Positions 48,104 to 57,337 of a DNA stretch of 64,000 bases are shown here, one piece after another. The stretch is from the IMG/VR virus record IMGVR_UViG_2706795922_000001, positions 11,627-75,626 of that record. One strand, 5' to 3'. The notes under the pieces are model-generated. The model did no database searches, had not been told where the DNA came from, and was given only the letters and a program-made list of their open reading frames with translations. The number at the start of each line of letters is the position of its first letter. Positions within the stretch are counted from its first letter, which is position 1. The DNA comes from a virus (taxonomy: Duplodnaviria; Caudoviricetes). Made by a program: the position numbers and the translations under genes.

Positions 48104-48373
48104 ATGCCAAAGCTGAGGCCATCCGATATCGCTTGGCTAAGCATGGTCGCGGGGATTCTCGCTTACGAGTGGCGCGCGCCTGCGGGGGAGCTACTTAGCG
48201 AGGGTTGGGATCGGTACTTGCAGAGTCATCCTGTCGCGGCTCGGGTGTTCCCGGTGCTGCTGATTCTGCATGTCATTAACGCGCTGCCGCAAAGGGTTGA
48301 CCCATTCCATTGGGCATTCTGCGCTATGCAGGCAGCGGGGAGAAAAGCAATTGACCACGAAGGATGCAATTAA
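48104..48373 (+). CDS. small membrane-associated hypothetical protein
   Basis: AGGAGG RBS; GELLSEGWDRY motif. Confidence 0.6.
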   Translation: MPKLRPSDIAWLSMVAGILAYEWRAPAGELLSEGWDRYLQSHPVAARVFPVLLILHVINALPQRVDPFHWAFCAMQAAGRKAIDHEGCN

Positions 48374-48692
48374 CCCGTCGCACTACAAAGACGGTTGGTC
48401 GAATGGCGCGGAAGTCATCGACATTACCGAGAATTTGAACTTTAACCGTGGCAATGCGGTCAAGTACATTGCCCGCGCTGGGGCTAAGGACCCGGATAAG
48501 ACTATTGAGGACCTTGAAAAGGCTCAGTGGTATTTGCAGCGCGAGCTTAAGCGCCTTAAGCGTGAGGCCGATAAGCCTAAGGGTCAGATCGTTGATACGA
48601 CGATCCTGATTGGCGGCGGGCCGGTCGCGGGGCAGCTTATGAACGAGGACTACTACAGGTCGCTCGCAAAGATGCCGAGGGGGTTTGCGTGA
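48351..48692 (+). CDS. DUF3310-family protein
   Basis: INPSHY..FNRGNAVKYIARAGAK..EDLEKAQWYL. Confidence 0.8.
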   Translation: MTTKDAINPSHYKDGWSNGAEVIDITENLNFNRGNAVKYIARAGAKDPDKTIEDLEKAQWYLQRELKRLKREADKPKGQIVDTTILIGGGPVAGQLMNEDYYRSLAKMPRGFA

Positions 48693-49471
48693 GCGCTAAG
48701 GTTCTGGTCCTAGACATTGAGACGCAGCGAGCGATCGTTGAGACGTTTTCCCTGTTCAGGCCGTTTATCGGCATTGACCGGGTGATTAAGCCGACGCGCG
48801 TCCTTTGCTTCGCCGCTAAGTGGCGCGACCAGGACAAGGTGATCTTCAAGAGCGCCTGGGACGACGACGACGAGGACGCCTACCTCCGCATGATGCAGGC
48901 CGCTTGGGACCTGCTTAACGAGGCAGACATTGTGGTCACTTGGAATGGTGACCGGTTCGACGTGCAGTGGTTTGAGGCTGAGTTCCTGCGCCTGGGCCTG
49001 GGCCGTCCGCTCCCGTACAAGAGCGTTGACCTGATTAAGACGGTTAAGCGCTGGTTCAAGGGCGGGCTTATGTCCATGAAGTTGGATTGGTCCTCGCGCA
49101 TCGTCCTTAAGGACCGCAAGGTGCATCACGGCGGCGCTGATCTGTGGCATGACATTCGTTGGGGGACCCGCGCTGAGAAGCGGGCCGCGCAGAAGCTAAT
49201 GCGTGAGTACAACGAGCATGACGTGGTTCTTACGGGTCGCTTGTTTGAGCATCACTTGCCGTACCTGACGAATTTGAACTTGGCTCTGTATGAGCAGAAC
49301 GAGGACGGCGAATTGCACTGCACTAAGTGCAACAGCACGAATCTAAAGAAAGACGGAGTGAAGGCTTACGTCACTAGCGCGGGTGTCTATCAGATGTTCC
49401 GCTGCAAGGACTGTGATGCCACGTCTAAGGGCAAGAAGATTCGCTCCACTACGGAATTGAGGCCGGTCTAA
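48689..49471 (+). CDS. DnaQ-like (DEDD) 3'-5' exonuclease with C-terminal Zn ribbon
   Basis: LDIET, WNGDRFD, YNEHDV; CTKC..CKDC. Confidence 0.85.
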   Translation: MSAKVLVLDIETQRAIVETFSLFRPFIGIDRVIKPTRVLCFAAKWRDQDKVIFKSAWDDDDEDAYLRMMQAAWDLLNEADIVVTWNGDRFDVQWFEAEFLRLGLGRPLPYKSVDLIKTVKRWFKGGLMSMKLDWSSRIVLKDRKVHHGGADLWHDIRWGTRAEKRAAQKLMREYNEHDVVLTGRLFEHHLPYLTNLNLALYEQNEDGELHCTKCNSTNLKKDGVKAYVTSAGVYQMFRCKDCDATSKGKKIRSTTELRPV

Positions 49472-49604
49472 TGAAGCCTGTAGCGCAGCCGAATAAGCAT
49501 TATCAAGTGATGCTGGCGAGCTTGCTTGCGAACAAGCGGGGGACGCTTGCGAACAACGTCTCCGCTTTTAACGTGGACCTAGCGGCTAGGCGTTGGATTA
49601 AGTA

Positions 49605-49847
49605 ATGGCTGCCGGGAAAGAGGTCACCCCTAAGGACGCGGAGAATACCGAGAAGCTACGCCAATATTGGCTGGTCGGTAACGGCTCTCATGTGATCCGA
49701 TGGGGCGCTCCTGGTGACTTTTCACGCTGTGTCGTCGCGGTCGGGCGGTTCATGAAGGACCCTGAGGGGTACTGCGCGAACCTGCATCACCGGGCGTTGG
49801 GTTATTGGCCCGCCACGCACGCGAAGATGGAACGCGAAGGTACATAG
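49605..49847 (+). CDS. hypothetical protein
   Basis: IRWGAPGDFSRCV..GYCANLH motif. Confidence 0.6.
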   Translation: MAAGKEVTPKDAENTEKLRQYWLVGNGSHVIRWGAPGDFSRCVVAVGRFMKDPEGYCANLHHRALGYWPATHAKMEREGT

Positions 49848-49991
49848 CGTGTACGCTGGCAGCTATGTCTAAGGCAGCAGCGCGCGCACGTCAGGAGCTT
49901 CGTCGGTCTAACGCGGCGGTTCCTCACCGTAACCGTTATCGGGAGCACAAATCGGGGAAGGGTTTGCATGGGGAGGCCGTAGCAGAGGGGG

Positions 49992-50417
49992 TTGCTGATG
50001 CCTGGGAATCTACGGAAGAAGAGTGGGGCTGGCAAGACTGAACGCGATTACCTCCGGGCACGTCGGCGTGTCCTGAGGCAGTCGCAAATCTGCGCTTACC
50101 CTCCGTGCCGTAAGGCTATCGACTTGAACCTTAAGCCGATCTGTCAGTTTGTGGACACGTCATTGTTCACGGTTGAGACGGCGCATCTAATCCCGCTGAC
50201 TTGTGGGGACGGCTGCCGGGAAGCTAAGCATTCACGCAAGGCTAACCCGTATGGCGCGTCTGCTAACCACAAAATCCCGGTGTCGCAGTTGCCTCCGGAT
50301 TCCGACATGCTCGCTTCTGCTAAGAACCTTGAACCTATGCACCTTAAGTGCAATCAGGAGCTTGGGGACGGCGACATTAAGCCTAGAAACAAGGTTTCTA
50401 GAGATTGGTTCGCATAA
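49992..50417 (+). CDS. HNH endonuclease
   Basis: CAYPPC..NHKIP..NLEPMHLKCN. Confidence 0.7.
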   Translation: MLMPGNLRKKSGAGKTERDYLRARRRVLRQSQICAYPPCRKAIDLNLKPICQFVDTSLFTVETAHLIPLTCGDGCREAKHSRKANPYGASANHKIPVSQLPPDSDMLASAKNLEPMHLKCNQELGDGDIKPRNKVSRDWFA

Positions 50418-50647
50418 TGTCTGATGAGTTCGATCCCGATAATGCTGATGACGACGGCAACTTGCTGGTCGCTGAGCTTAGGATCATTCAGTACATCGAC
50501 GCTGACGGTCAGCTAAATACCGTCGATTTCTCGCAAGGCGCTGGTGGCGTTGAGCTTGAGGAAAATGATTACGCGAAGCTGCTGGACTGGGCGCGGGCGT
50601 TTGTGCTTGCTCCTAAGGTGGCGGCGATTCTAGCCGGTAATGACTGA
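50417..50647 (+). CDS. acidic hypothetical protein
   Basis: TAATG-coupled ORF. Confidence 0.55.
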   Translation: MSDEFDPDNADDDGNLLVAELRIIQYIDADGQLNTVDFSQGAGGVELEENDYAKLLDWARAFVLAPKVAAILAGND

Positions 50648-51166
50648 GGTCTATAAGTCCGACGTTGAGTGCCGGTGCCTTAGCTGTGACGACATGATCC
50701 GGCTAGGTGATGAAGTGCAGGAACTATCCGGAGAGCTATTTCATGCCGAGTGCATTTAGGCCGTACGACCGTTGGGGACCGTTGCCGACTGTGGCGCAGG
50801 TAGAGGCCATCTATAACGCGGTGGGCTACTCCTACGAGGCCGGTGAGTTTCCGGAAAACATGGACCCGTACACGGAGGCTTTCGTGGTGGGGGACGGCGG
50901 GCTGCTTAACGCGCTGTCGGCCCTTAAGCGGGCGCTGTGCCTGCTGGACGTTCAGCGGGTGGAACGGGAGCGGGAGCGTGCCGGATCAATTCATGGCTGA
51001 CTGCTGCGTTGCAGATCACGGCATGTGCGATCCGTGCTGCCTGTGTGGGGAGCCGGAGGGCATTAACGAGCGCCCGGATTTAGCTCCCCCGTCTAACCCG
51101 ATCCCAGCGCGCGTCAAGCGGAAGATCAATAATCCTTGGCCTACGGAACGTAAGGGCTGGGGCTAA

Positions 51167-51238
51167 GCCACCTTAGCTCAGCGGTAGAGCAGCGCCTTCG
51201 TAACGCGCAGGTCAACGGTTCGATTCCGTTAGGTGGCT
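51167..51238 (+). tRNA. tRNA-Thr(CGT)
   Basis: GCCACCT/AGGTGGC acceptor; TTCGTAA loop; GGTTCGATTCC T-arm. Confidence 0.88.
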
Positions 51239-51264
51239 CTGTAAACAAACATTGGAGGTAGAAG

Positions 51265-51468
51265 ATGGACCCGGTACTAATTGAGAAGCAGCGGCGCGGC
51301 GCGGTGCAGGAGCTTCGGGACCGTAAGGCTTGGCCTACGGCGACTGAGCCGGTTGACCCAAAGACGGAGTTTGAGCCTGAGGCTGAGAAGCCTAAGCGCG
51401 GTCGCCCGGCTAAGCAGGATGCTCCGAAGCCTGAGGCTGAGGACATTGAGGTCGCGGTCAGCGAATAA
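51265..51468 (+). CDS. hypothetical protein
   Basis: GGAGG RBS; PKRGRP AT-hook-like motif. Confidence 0.6.
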   Translation: MDPVLIEKQRRGAVQELRDRKAWPTATEPVDPKTEFEPEAEKPKRGRPAKQDAPKPEAEDIEVAVSE

Positions 51469-51591
51469 GCATTACCGCGTATCGTCCGCATAGGGACTGC
51501 TAGCCCGGACTGGTACGCATTTTAACTGGGAGTCGTAGTCCCCCGTTCAAATTGCTAGCAGAAGCCCATACCGGTTAGGGCAACTACGTTC

Positions 51592-51663
51592 CGGAAACAG
51601 GTGTAATGGTTGCATGAGGCGTTTGGATCGCCGGGGTTCGGGGTTCGACTCCCTGGTTTCCGA
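51592..51663 (+). tRNA. tRNA-Pro(TGG)
   Basis: CGGAAAC/GTTTCCG acceptor; GGCG-TTTGGAT-CGCC; GGTTCGACTCC. Confidence 0.8.
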
Positions 51664-52006
51664 CATGATTGAGCTAGACAAAGAGTCCACTTACCGTGAC
51701 CGTTTAGGCCGTAAGTGGGAATGGTCAGACCTTAGCGGTTGGGTGATCAACCGCATGGCTACCTTCGGGGGGTTCTGGCCTGATGATGAGTTTGCGCCGT
51801 TCACGGTGATTGATCCGTGTCCGACGTGTGGAAGGTAAGGCGCACGCTAGCCTCACGGTTAGTGGCCTTCGGTTATGTCCCTACCGACTGAAAGGGATCG
51901 TTGCAGAACTTTCGTATAACTGTCGTCCTGCCGGGGGTTGCGTAACACTGACCTATACCCGGTCGCTGTATGGTTCCACGGTGTTAAGCAAACGGGCCAC
52001 TTTCTT

Positions 52007-52079
52007 AGCTCGGTAGCTCAACTGGTAGAGCAGTGGTCTCCAAAGCCACCGGTTGCAGGTTCGACTCCTGTCCGGGTTG
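52007..52079 (+). tRNA. tRNA-Trp(CCA)
   Basis: GTGGT-CTCCAAA-GCCAC anticodon arm; canonical D and T arms. Confidence 0.92.
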
Positions 52080-52080
52080 C

Positions 52081-52154
52081 GGTTCCGTAGGCAAACTGGC
52101 AAAGCCGTCTGACTTAGAATCAGGTGTTTGGGAGTTCGACTCTCCCCGGAACTA
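52081..52154 (+). tRNA. tRNA-Leu(TAG), short variable arm
   Basis: GGTTCCG/CGGAACT acceptor; TCTGA-CTTAGAA-TCAGG. Confidence 0.85.
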
Positions 52155-52229
52155 CGCTAAGTAGCTTAATGGTAAAGCCCCCGGTTGTGGTCCGGGCGAT
52201 CACGGTTCAACTCCGTGCTTAAGCCACCA
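52155..52229 (+). tRNA. tRNA-His(GTG)
   Basis: CCCGG-TTGTGGT-CCGGG; T-arm CACGG-TTCAACT-CCGTG; irregular acceptor; CCA encoded. Confidence 0.8.
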
Positions 52230-52249
52230 ACTTTGAAGGGGAGAGATTA

Positions 52250-52504
52250 ATGCCAACAATCGCTGTTTACGCTATGGACACTGAGGGCCAGCAGCAGCAA
52301 GGGTCTGTGACCGTTGACGAGGACACCGACATTCAGGCTGCGGCTATTGCGCTACGCGACGAGCTTATTGCGCGTGGCTATTTCTGCTCTCCGCAGTACA
52401 TCGTTAAGGAATCAACGGAGTCCCCGCTTACGGTGGGCGAGGCTTCGTTCACGATGATGACTGAGGCGTTTCGCGTCTTGGAGATTCCCGTTGAACTTCT
52501 TTAA
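52250..52504 (+). CDS. hypothetical protein
   Basis: 84 aa between tRNAs, GGGGAG RBS. Confidence 0.6.
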   Translation: MPTIAVYAMDTEGQQQQGSVTVDEDTDIQAAAIALRDELIARGYFCSPQYIVKESTESPLTVGEASFTMMTEAFRVLEIPVELL

Positions 52505-52578
52505 TGCCCGCTAGCACAATTGGCAGTTGCGCTGCGCTCTGAACGCAGAGGTTCCAGGTTCGACTCCTGGGTGGGCAG
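52505..52578 (+). tRNA. tRNA-Gln(CTG)
   Basis: TGCCCGC/GTGGGCA acceptor; CTGCG-CTCTGAA-CGCAG. Confidence 0.88.
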
Positions 52579-52588
52579 CGCTTAACGC

Positions 52589-52661
52589 GCGTCGTTAGCT
52601 CAGTTGGTAGAGCAGGGCACTCTTAATGCTCGGGTCGGGGGTTCAAGTCCCTCACGGCGCA
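52589..52661 (+). tRNA. tRNA-Lys(CTT)
   Basis: GGGCA-CTCTTAA-TGCTC; canonical D-arm. Confidence 0.9.
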
Positions 52662-52700
52662 CATTACGTACTCACGTTGACTTACTGGGGGGTGGTCTGT

Positions 52701-53408
52701 GTGTCGGGGGTTCTTAGCCTTTACGGCACACGGAGTTCTAAGTTCTGGGCTGAGGCTCCGGCGAAGTTCGACGTGCTTAATCTGCGCGCGATCTTCCCGT
52801 CGAGTTCCCGCGAGGGCATCCCTGATCTAGAGCGTTGCGATTGGGTCCCGGACGTGTTGGGCGCTTGGCATATGCCGCGCCAGCGTGAGGCTGCGGCTCG
52901 GGAGAACGGCGCGGTCCACTTCTTTCTGGACGACTACAGGTTTGAGACTGCGTTTAGCAGCCCTGAGAGGACTGTGGGGCGAGTTTTGGACGTGGGTGGT
53001 GCCCTAGAGCCGAACTTCTCCATTTACTACGACATGCCGCGTGTGGCGCAGGTTTGGAACACGTACCGGACCCGCTGGTGTGGTGCCTACTGGCAGAGCC
53101 AGGGCGTGAAGGTGATTCCTACCGTCTGCTGGGCACGCTCAGAGACTTTTGAGTTCGTCTTTGACGGGATACCGCAGGGCGGCACTGTGGCGCTCTCAGC
53201 GCTCGGTATGGGGCAGAAGCCGGAGGACATTCAGATATTCGTTGACGGCCTCCGTGAGCTTGTTGACCGGGTGCAGCCTTCCACGATTCTTTCGTACGGG
53301 AAGCTCCGGCATGTTCCGGACTCGCTGAGCCTGCCGACTGTGCGCGAGTACCCGACGTTCTGGGATATGCGCCGGAAGATGCTTAAGGCCGCTAATGGGT
53401 CGGGGTAG
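52701..53408 (+). CDS. DUF4417-family protein
   Basis: HFFLDDYRFE, PNFSIYYDMP, WNTYRTRWCGAYWQ..VIPTVCW. Confidence 0.8.
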   Translation: MSGVLSLYGTRSSKFWAEAPAKFDVLNLRAIFPSSSREGIPDLERCDWVPDVLGAWHMPRQREAAARENGAVHFFLDDYRFETAFSSPERTVGRVLDVGGALEPNFSIYYDMPRVAQVWNTYRTRWCGAYWQSQGVKVIPTVCWARSETFEFVFDGIPQGGTVALSALGMGQKPEDIQIFVDGLRELVDRVQPSTILSYGKLRHVPDSLSLPTVREYPTFWDMRRKMLKAANGSG

Positions 53409-53781
53409 GTCGCCAAGCGGTACGGGTTACCGCTCTCGGCGTGATCCTGACTATGTGACGCTTTACCATCGCGCGCGCTCGGCTGACGCTGCGGAGTCAA
53501 TCGCTAAAGAGGGTTTCAGGCCCGGTTCACGCGGTGATTGGGTGTTCCTTAGCACTAAGCTGGACTCGCACCATTCGCCTTTCGGTGATCATGTGGTGGA
53601 GGTCCGGGTGCCTAAGGCTCAGGTGTACGCGGATAACGAGGACCAGGGCTACGCGGTGCGGGTTAAGCGCGAGCATGTTGAGGTCACTAAGAATTACTTC
53701 CATGTCGGGAAGGTGCCGGATAAGTTTCCGAAGCGCCGTCCGCGTTGGGTTAAGAACGATAAGCAGATGCGTCCTAAGTAG
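53395..53781 (+). CDS. putative ADP-ribosyltransferase-fold protein
   Basis: TLYH..AESIAKEGF..VFLS..FG..VVEVRV resembles ART strand pattern; N-terminus MGRGR. Confidence 0.45.
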   Translation: MGRGRSPSGTGYRSRRDPDYVTLYHRARSADAAESIAKEGFRPGSRGDWVFLSTKLDSHHSPFGDHVVEVRVPKAQVYADNEDQGYAVRVKREHVEVTKNYFHVGKVPDKFPKRRPRWVKNDKQMRPK

Positions 53782-53825
53782 CCCCTACCTAAGCCTCTCC
53801 TAGATGCTCAAATGGGTAGGGCCGT

Positions 53826-53896
53826 TCCCCTGTCATCTAAAGGCAGGATGCCTCGCTGTTAACGAGGTCACGCAGGTTCGACCCCTGCTGGGGGAG
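53826..53896 (+). tRNA. tRNA-Asn(GTT)
   Basis: TCCCCTG/TGGGGGA acceptor; CCTCG-CTGTTAA-CGAGG. Confidence 0.85.
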
Positions 53897-53902
53897 CTTA
53901 AG

Positions 53903-53975
53903 TACCGCGCCGGGGGATCGAACCCCGGACCCGCTGATTAAAAGTCAGCTGCTCTACCAACTGAGCTAGCGCGGC
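53903..53975 (-). tRNA. tRNA-Lys(TTT), opposite strand to other tRNAs
   Basis: reverse complement GCCGCGCTAGCTCAGTTGGTAGAGCAGCTGACTTTTAATCAGCGGGTCCGGGGTTCGATCCCCCGGCGCGGTA. Confidence 0.93.
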
Positions 53976-53987
53976 GGTGCGAGTGTA

Positions 53988-54236
53988 TCAGACGTAGTGG
54001 TCGTCGCCCTTAAAGAACTTACGGGCTGCGTCCAGGTCGTCCGTCTCAAATAGGACGATAACGTCGCAGAGCGAGTCGGGGTCGAACGTCCACACGACGT
54101 GCGCGACCTCCAAGGCAACTCCGTTCTTGTAGCAGGTATCCCCTAAGCGGGGTACGTGATCCATTACTCGTTCGCCGCTTAGGTCGTCCTTGTCGTCCTT
54201 CTGGCCGTTAATGCCGAAACGTACTCGGGCTTTCAC
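53988..54236 (-). CDS. hypothetical protein
   Basis: 82 aa, GGAGGA RBS. Confidence 0.6.
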   Translation of the reverse strand: MKARVRFGINGQKDDKDDLSGERVMDHVPRLGDTCYKNGVALEVAHVVWTFDPDSLCDVIVLFETDDLDAARKFFKGDDHYV

Positions 54237-54376
54237 TCTTCCTCCATCCAGACCACGGCGTCGGGCATGATCGCCGTTAGGTTCTTAACGAGCCGGTCGG
54301 CCTGGTGGTAAGCGAGTCCGCTAAGCACTGACCGGTCGTCGTCTATGGCGTCTTTCATCCATACGGCGTACACGGT

Positions 54377-54811
54377 TTAACCCATCCTCACGTCATCGCG
54401 GCGAGTGCTGATCTTGCTGATGGCGCGTTCCGCGTCCTCGCCTGGGCATTCGATATCGCGGATGCCATGCTCCGCTGCTTCGGCTCCGGAGGCAAACAGG
54501 GGGACTGACGTGCTGTAGTCCACCGTGGCCTGTATCTGCCGGTCAGACATGTTGCCGAACACAGCGGCTAAGCGGAGTGCTAGCAGGTTCTCCGCGCCGT
54601 GTGTGCCCACCCAGCCCGCGCATAAACGTGACTGGTCCGATCCGCGGTCGTTCTGGTGGCACAGGAACAGGCCGGGAGGCTGAAACGCCATGTCGGCGTC
54701 ATACTCGGGGAGCTTGCGGTATTCCTCTTCGGCCCACACGCCGGAGGGTGTGTCGCAGCGGTAGGGGCAGGACCCGCAGGGGTTAGGCGCTGGTGCCTTT
54801 ACGTCGCTCAT
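54377..54811 (-). CDS. Cys-rich protein (DUF6283-like)
   Basis: PCGSCPYRCD..SGVW..FLCH..LCAGW. Confidence 0.7.
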   Translation of the reverse strand: MSDVKAPAPNPCGSCPYRCDTPSGVWAEEEYRKLPEYDADMAFQPPGLFLCHQNDRGSDQSRLCAGWVGTHGAENLLALRLAAVFGNMSDRQIQATVDYSTSVPLFASGAEAAEHGIRDIECPGEDAERAISKISTRRDDVRMG

Positions 54812-54816
54812 AGCCC

Positions 54817-55068
54817 TTAGTCCTCCGGCCAGACTGTGTTAGCGTCGATAACGCGAGCGAGGTAAGCGATTTTCGCGGCTACGTCCGCTTCGCCTACGGC
54901 CTTGATTGCGGCTATGTCGTCCTCGTCCCAGCACTCCCCGGCTTCGGGAATGAAGGTGTGGGACTGCGGCAGGTGGTCATAGACCGTTTCGGAAATGACA
55001 CCTTCGGAAACGAGGCGGTCAACCTCGGCCTGTAGTGCGGTGAGTGTGAGTTGCTGGCTTGTTGTCAT
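54817..55068 (-). CDS. hypothetical protein, probably leaderless
   Basis: ATG 6 nt downstream of a predicted -10 element. Confidence 0.6.
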   Translation of the reverse strand: MTTSQQLTLTALQAEVDRLVSEGVISETVYDHLPQSHTFIPEAGECWDEDDIAAIKAVGEADVAAKIAYLARVIDANTVWPED

Positions 55069-55236
55069 GTCTTTAACGTACAGGGCATGTACGGGGCTGT
55101 CAACACCTTTCTTGCCCGCGCTGCATAACTTCTAGCTCGCGGCATTCCGGGCAGATGTGAGTCTTAAGTAAGCTCTTACCCTTAGCGCAGACGCGGCAGA
55201 CGCCCACGCCGATTGTCTTAACGCGCTTAGCCATTC

Positions 55237-55476
55237 TTAGTCGTCCTCGTTCCAGCGTTCTCCGGCATAGGTCGGATCGAACCACGCGGGCGGGATATCG
55301 GTATCGGGGTACCGCTCGCGTATGGCGTCCATGCGCGGCTGTACGCGTTCTACGTACATGCCGTAGTGACGCTCGCAACGAGGGTACCGGAGGCCAGAGC
55401 CGGAGAGCGCCAGGTACTCGCTCACCGGCCCTGAGCAGGGTCCGTACTCTCCGAAGCCGGAATCTGTGCAGTCCAC
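55237..55476 (-). CDS. hypothetical protein
   Basis: AGGAGG RBS before GTG; PPAWFDPTYAGERW. Confidence 0.6.
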   Translation of the reverse strand: MDCTDSGFGEYGPCSGPVSEYLALSGSGLRYPRCERHYGMYVERVQPRMDAIRERYPDTDIPPAWFDPTYAGERWNEDD

Positions 55477-55504
55477 GGCCCTACCTCCTTTTGTCACTGT
55501 GACG

Positions 55505-56365
55505 TTAAGACGCCTGCATGAGGCCAAGTTGCTTGAGAATCATGGGCACGAACTGCCCCGCTTGAGCGTCCCGTGTGATGCACGGAATGTAAATGCTGTA
55601 CGGGGGAAAGTCGTCCATGTCGGCAGCGTTGTTCACGCAGGAGCCGTACCCGCCGCGCGGATGGATACCGCACGCCCGGCGAACGTCCGCTTCGTGCGTG
55701 TGCATTGCGTTGAAGATGTGCGCCCGCAGGAATGAGGCGTGCGTCAGTGCGTACATGAAGGTGGACACGTCGAACGCTTGCCCGGCGCTCTTGAGCTTGA
55801 TAGCGGTCCGCGCGTAATACTTAACGTCGCCGTAGCCGCTAACGTTCATGTCCACCCAGATTTCAGCCTGCATACCCTGAGTTTCGATTGCCTCAACTAG
55901 AGCCATCATTGCTAAGCCGTTTTCCTTAATGGCCTTAGCGCTGATCATGCAGTTGTAGGTGATGTTCATGATGAGGGCAACGATCTTGTTCTGACCGGGT
56001 TCCTCAATCATTTCGCTAGCCACCATGCACTCCGGCTCGCCGCTGACGTACCGGCCCATGTCCACGTAGCCACCGGCCACGTCGTACACGTCCTGGTACA
56101 CGTCGCGGTGAAGCTCACCGGCCACCTGGGCTACCTTGTGGTGTGCAATCTTGATTGCCTGTACGCCGTCGCGGGGGAGTCCCTTACGGGCGAGGTCGTC
56201 GGCCTCTTTCATGTTCGACACGCCGTAGAAGCTCGGCCCGTTGTCCTCCATGTGCGCGGAGCGGTAGTCCTTCTTGAGGTTGTGGTCAATGAGGTCGGTG
56301 AAGCTGTCGAACAGCACCACGGAGCGCTTCGTGCCGTCGTCCTCGTTGGTCCGGTAGGTACGCAT
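55505..56365 (-). CDS. VWA-like MoxR partner protein, paralog 1
   Basis: YVDMGRYVSGEPECMV and FDVS.FMYALTH.S.LR shared with 59236-60063. Confidence 0.65.
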   Translation of the reverse strand: MRTYRTNEDDGTKRSVVLFDSFTDLIDHNLKKDYRSAHMEDNGPSFYGVSNMKEADDLARKGLPRDGVQAIKIAHHKVAQVAGELHRDVYQDVYDVAGGYVDMGRYVSGEPECMVASEMIEEPGQNKIVALIMNITYNCMISAKAIKENGLAMMALVEAIETQGMQAEIWVDMNVSGYGDVKYYARTAIKLKSAGQAFDVSTFMYALTHASFLRAHIFNAMHTHEADVRRACGIHPRGGYGSCVNNAADMDDFPPYSIYIPCITRDAQAGQFVPMILKQLGLMQAS

Positions 56366-56432
56366 GATTAAGCCACCTTTGCTTTAGCAGGTTAAAGAGG
56401 GAAGAGTTTGTGGGAGTCAGACCGGGGACCCG

Positions 56433-56813
56433 TTAAAGGTCCCCGGCCCGCTCTACCATTTCGATCACCTTGGCAGGCACGGAGAGGGTGTCTCCGTTCC
56501 TGTCTGCGCCGCCAGTCACCACAACCACACCGCGCAGGTGATCGACGCCCGTCGCGTCTGCGTTCAGGCTCCACCACAGAGCCGTCGCCTTGACGTTGAC
56601 AGGCTGATTGCGAAGTTTACCCTCTTCGTTGCAGAAAAAGGTCACGTCAGCCGCGTACTGCTCCGGGTCGCGGGTCCAGCCGTACACACCTTCGATGTAG
56701 CCACCCACGTAGCCCTGTAGTGCGCGGAGTTCTCCGTCGCGGGCAATGTCCGTGAGTTCCATCGTGTCGTCGGGGCTGATGACCAGTGCTCGGAGGTCTG
56801 TCTGCTTGCTCAT
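56433..56813 (-). CDS. DUF3846-like protein, probably leaderless
   Basis: LQGYVGGYIE..CNEEGKL..PVN..AT..L.G.VVV.G. Confidence 0.75.
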   Translation of the reverse strand: MSKQTDLRALVISPDDTMELTDIARDGELRALQGYVGGYIEGVYGWTRDPEQYAADVTFFCNEEGKLRNQPVNVKATALWWSLNADATGVDHLRGVVVVTGGADRNGDTLSVPAKVIEMVERAGDL

Positions 56814-56853
56814 GCCAACTACGTTACACGGCGTGACCGATACGTGTCAACCC

Positions 56854-57090
56854 TCAATCAGAAAATTCTTCTGCCACCGAAAAACGCGGGGTCTTTCCGA
56901 CTAACACGTTCTGCAATGTTCCGCGCGGGAAGCCGGTTGCGTTACCAAGCTCGTTATAAGAGTAGCCATTGTCCTTAGCGTCTCTTATGCATTGGTAAAG
57001 CGCAAGTATGTCGCGCGTGATCTTTTCCGCGCGCTCGCGTATTTCCGACAGTGTGGCGTCAGTAGTCACGCTCGGAGAGTACACGTTCAC
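56854..57090 (-). CDS. HTH DNA-binding protein
   Basis: GYSYNELGNATGFPRGTLQN. Confidence 0.65.
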   Translation of the reverse strand: MNVYSPSVTTDATLSEIRERAEKITRDILALYQCIRDAKDNGYSYNELGNATGFPRGTLQNVLVGKTPRFSVAEEFSD

Positions 57091-57253
57091 CGTCGCTTAC
57101 CTGCCTTAGTCGTGAGTCGATGTGATCTATTCGCTTCTGGCGGGCAGTGATTTCCTGCACTAGCCGGATGCGCTCAGTGGTTAGTTTCTGCCGCTCCTGG
57201 GCCAGCATGAGGGCTGCGGCGCTGTCGGGAATGTCGTTAAGGACGTTAGCCAT
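57059..57253 (-). CDS. hypothetical coiled-coil protein
   Basis: 64 aa, AGGAG RBS. Confidence 0.55.
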   Translation of the reverse strand: MANVLNDIPDSAAALMLAQERQKLTTERIRLVQEITARQKRIDHIDSRLRQVSDGERVLSERDY

Positions 57254-57337
57254 TCGTAAGAACTCCTAGTAGTGACTTAGCGGGCCACCCCGGCTCGGGT
57301 GACCCGCTCGGCCCTCCCACATACAGGGTAGGGCACA

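Noticed and set aside
51861-52001. tmRNA
   Set aside because: No alanyl tRNA-like domain, too short, and no convincing tag peptide.
52626-52700. ORF-track start of the DUF4417 gene
   Set aside because: Overlaps tRNA-Lys(CTT); the GTG at 52701 is more plausible.
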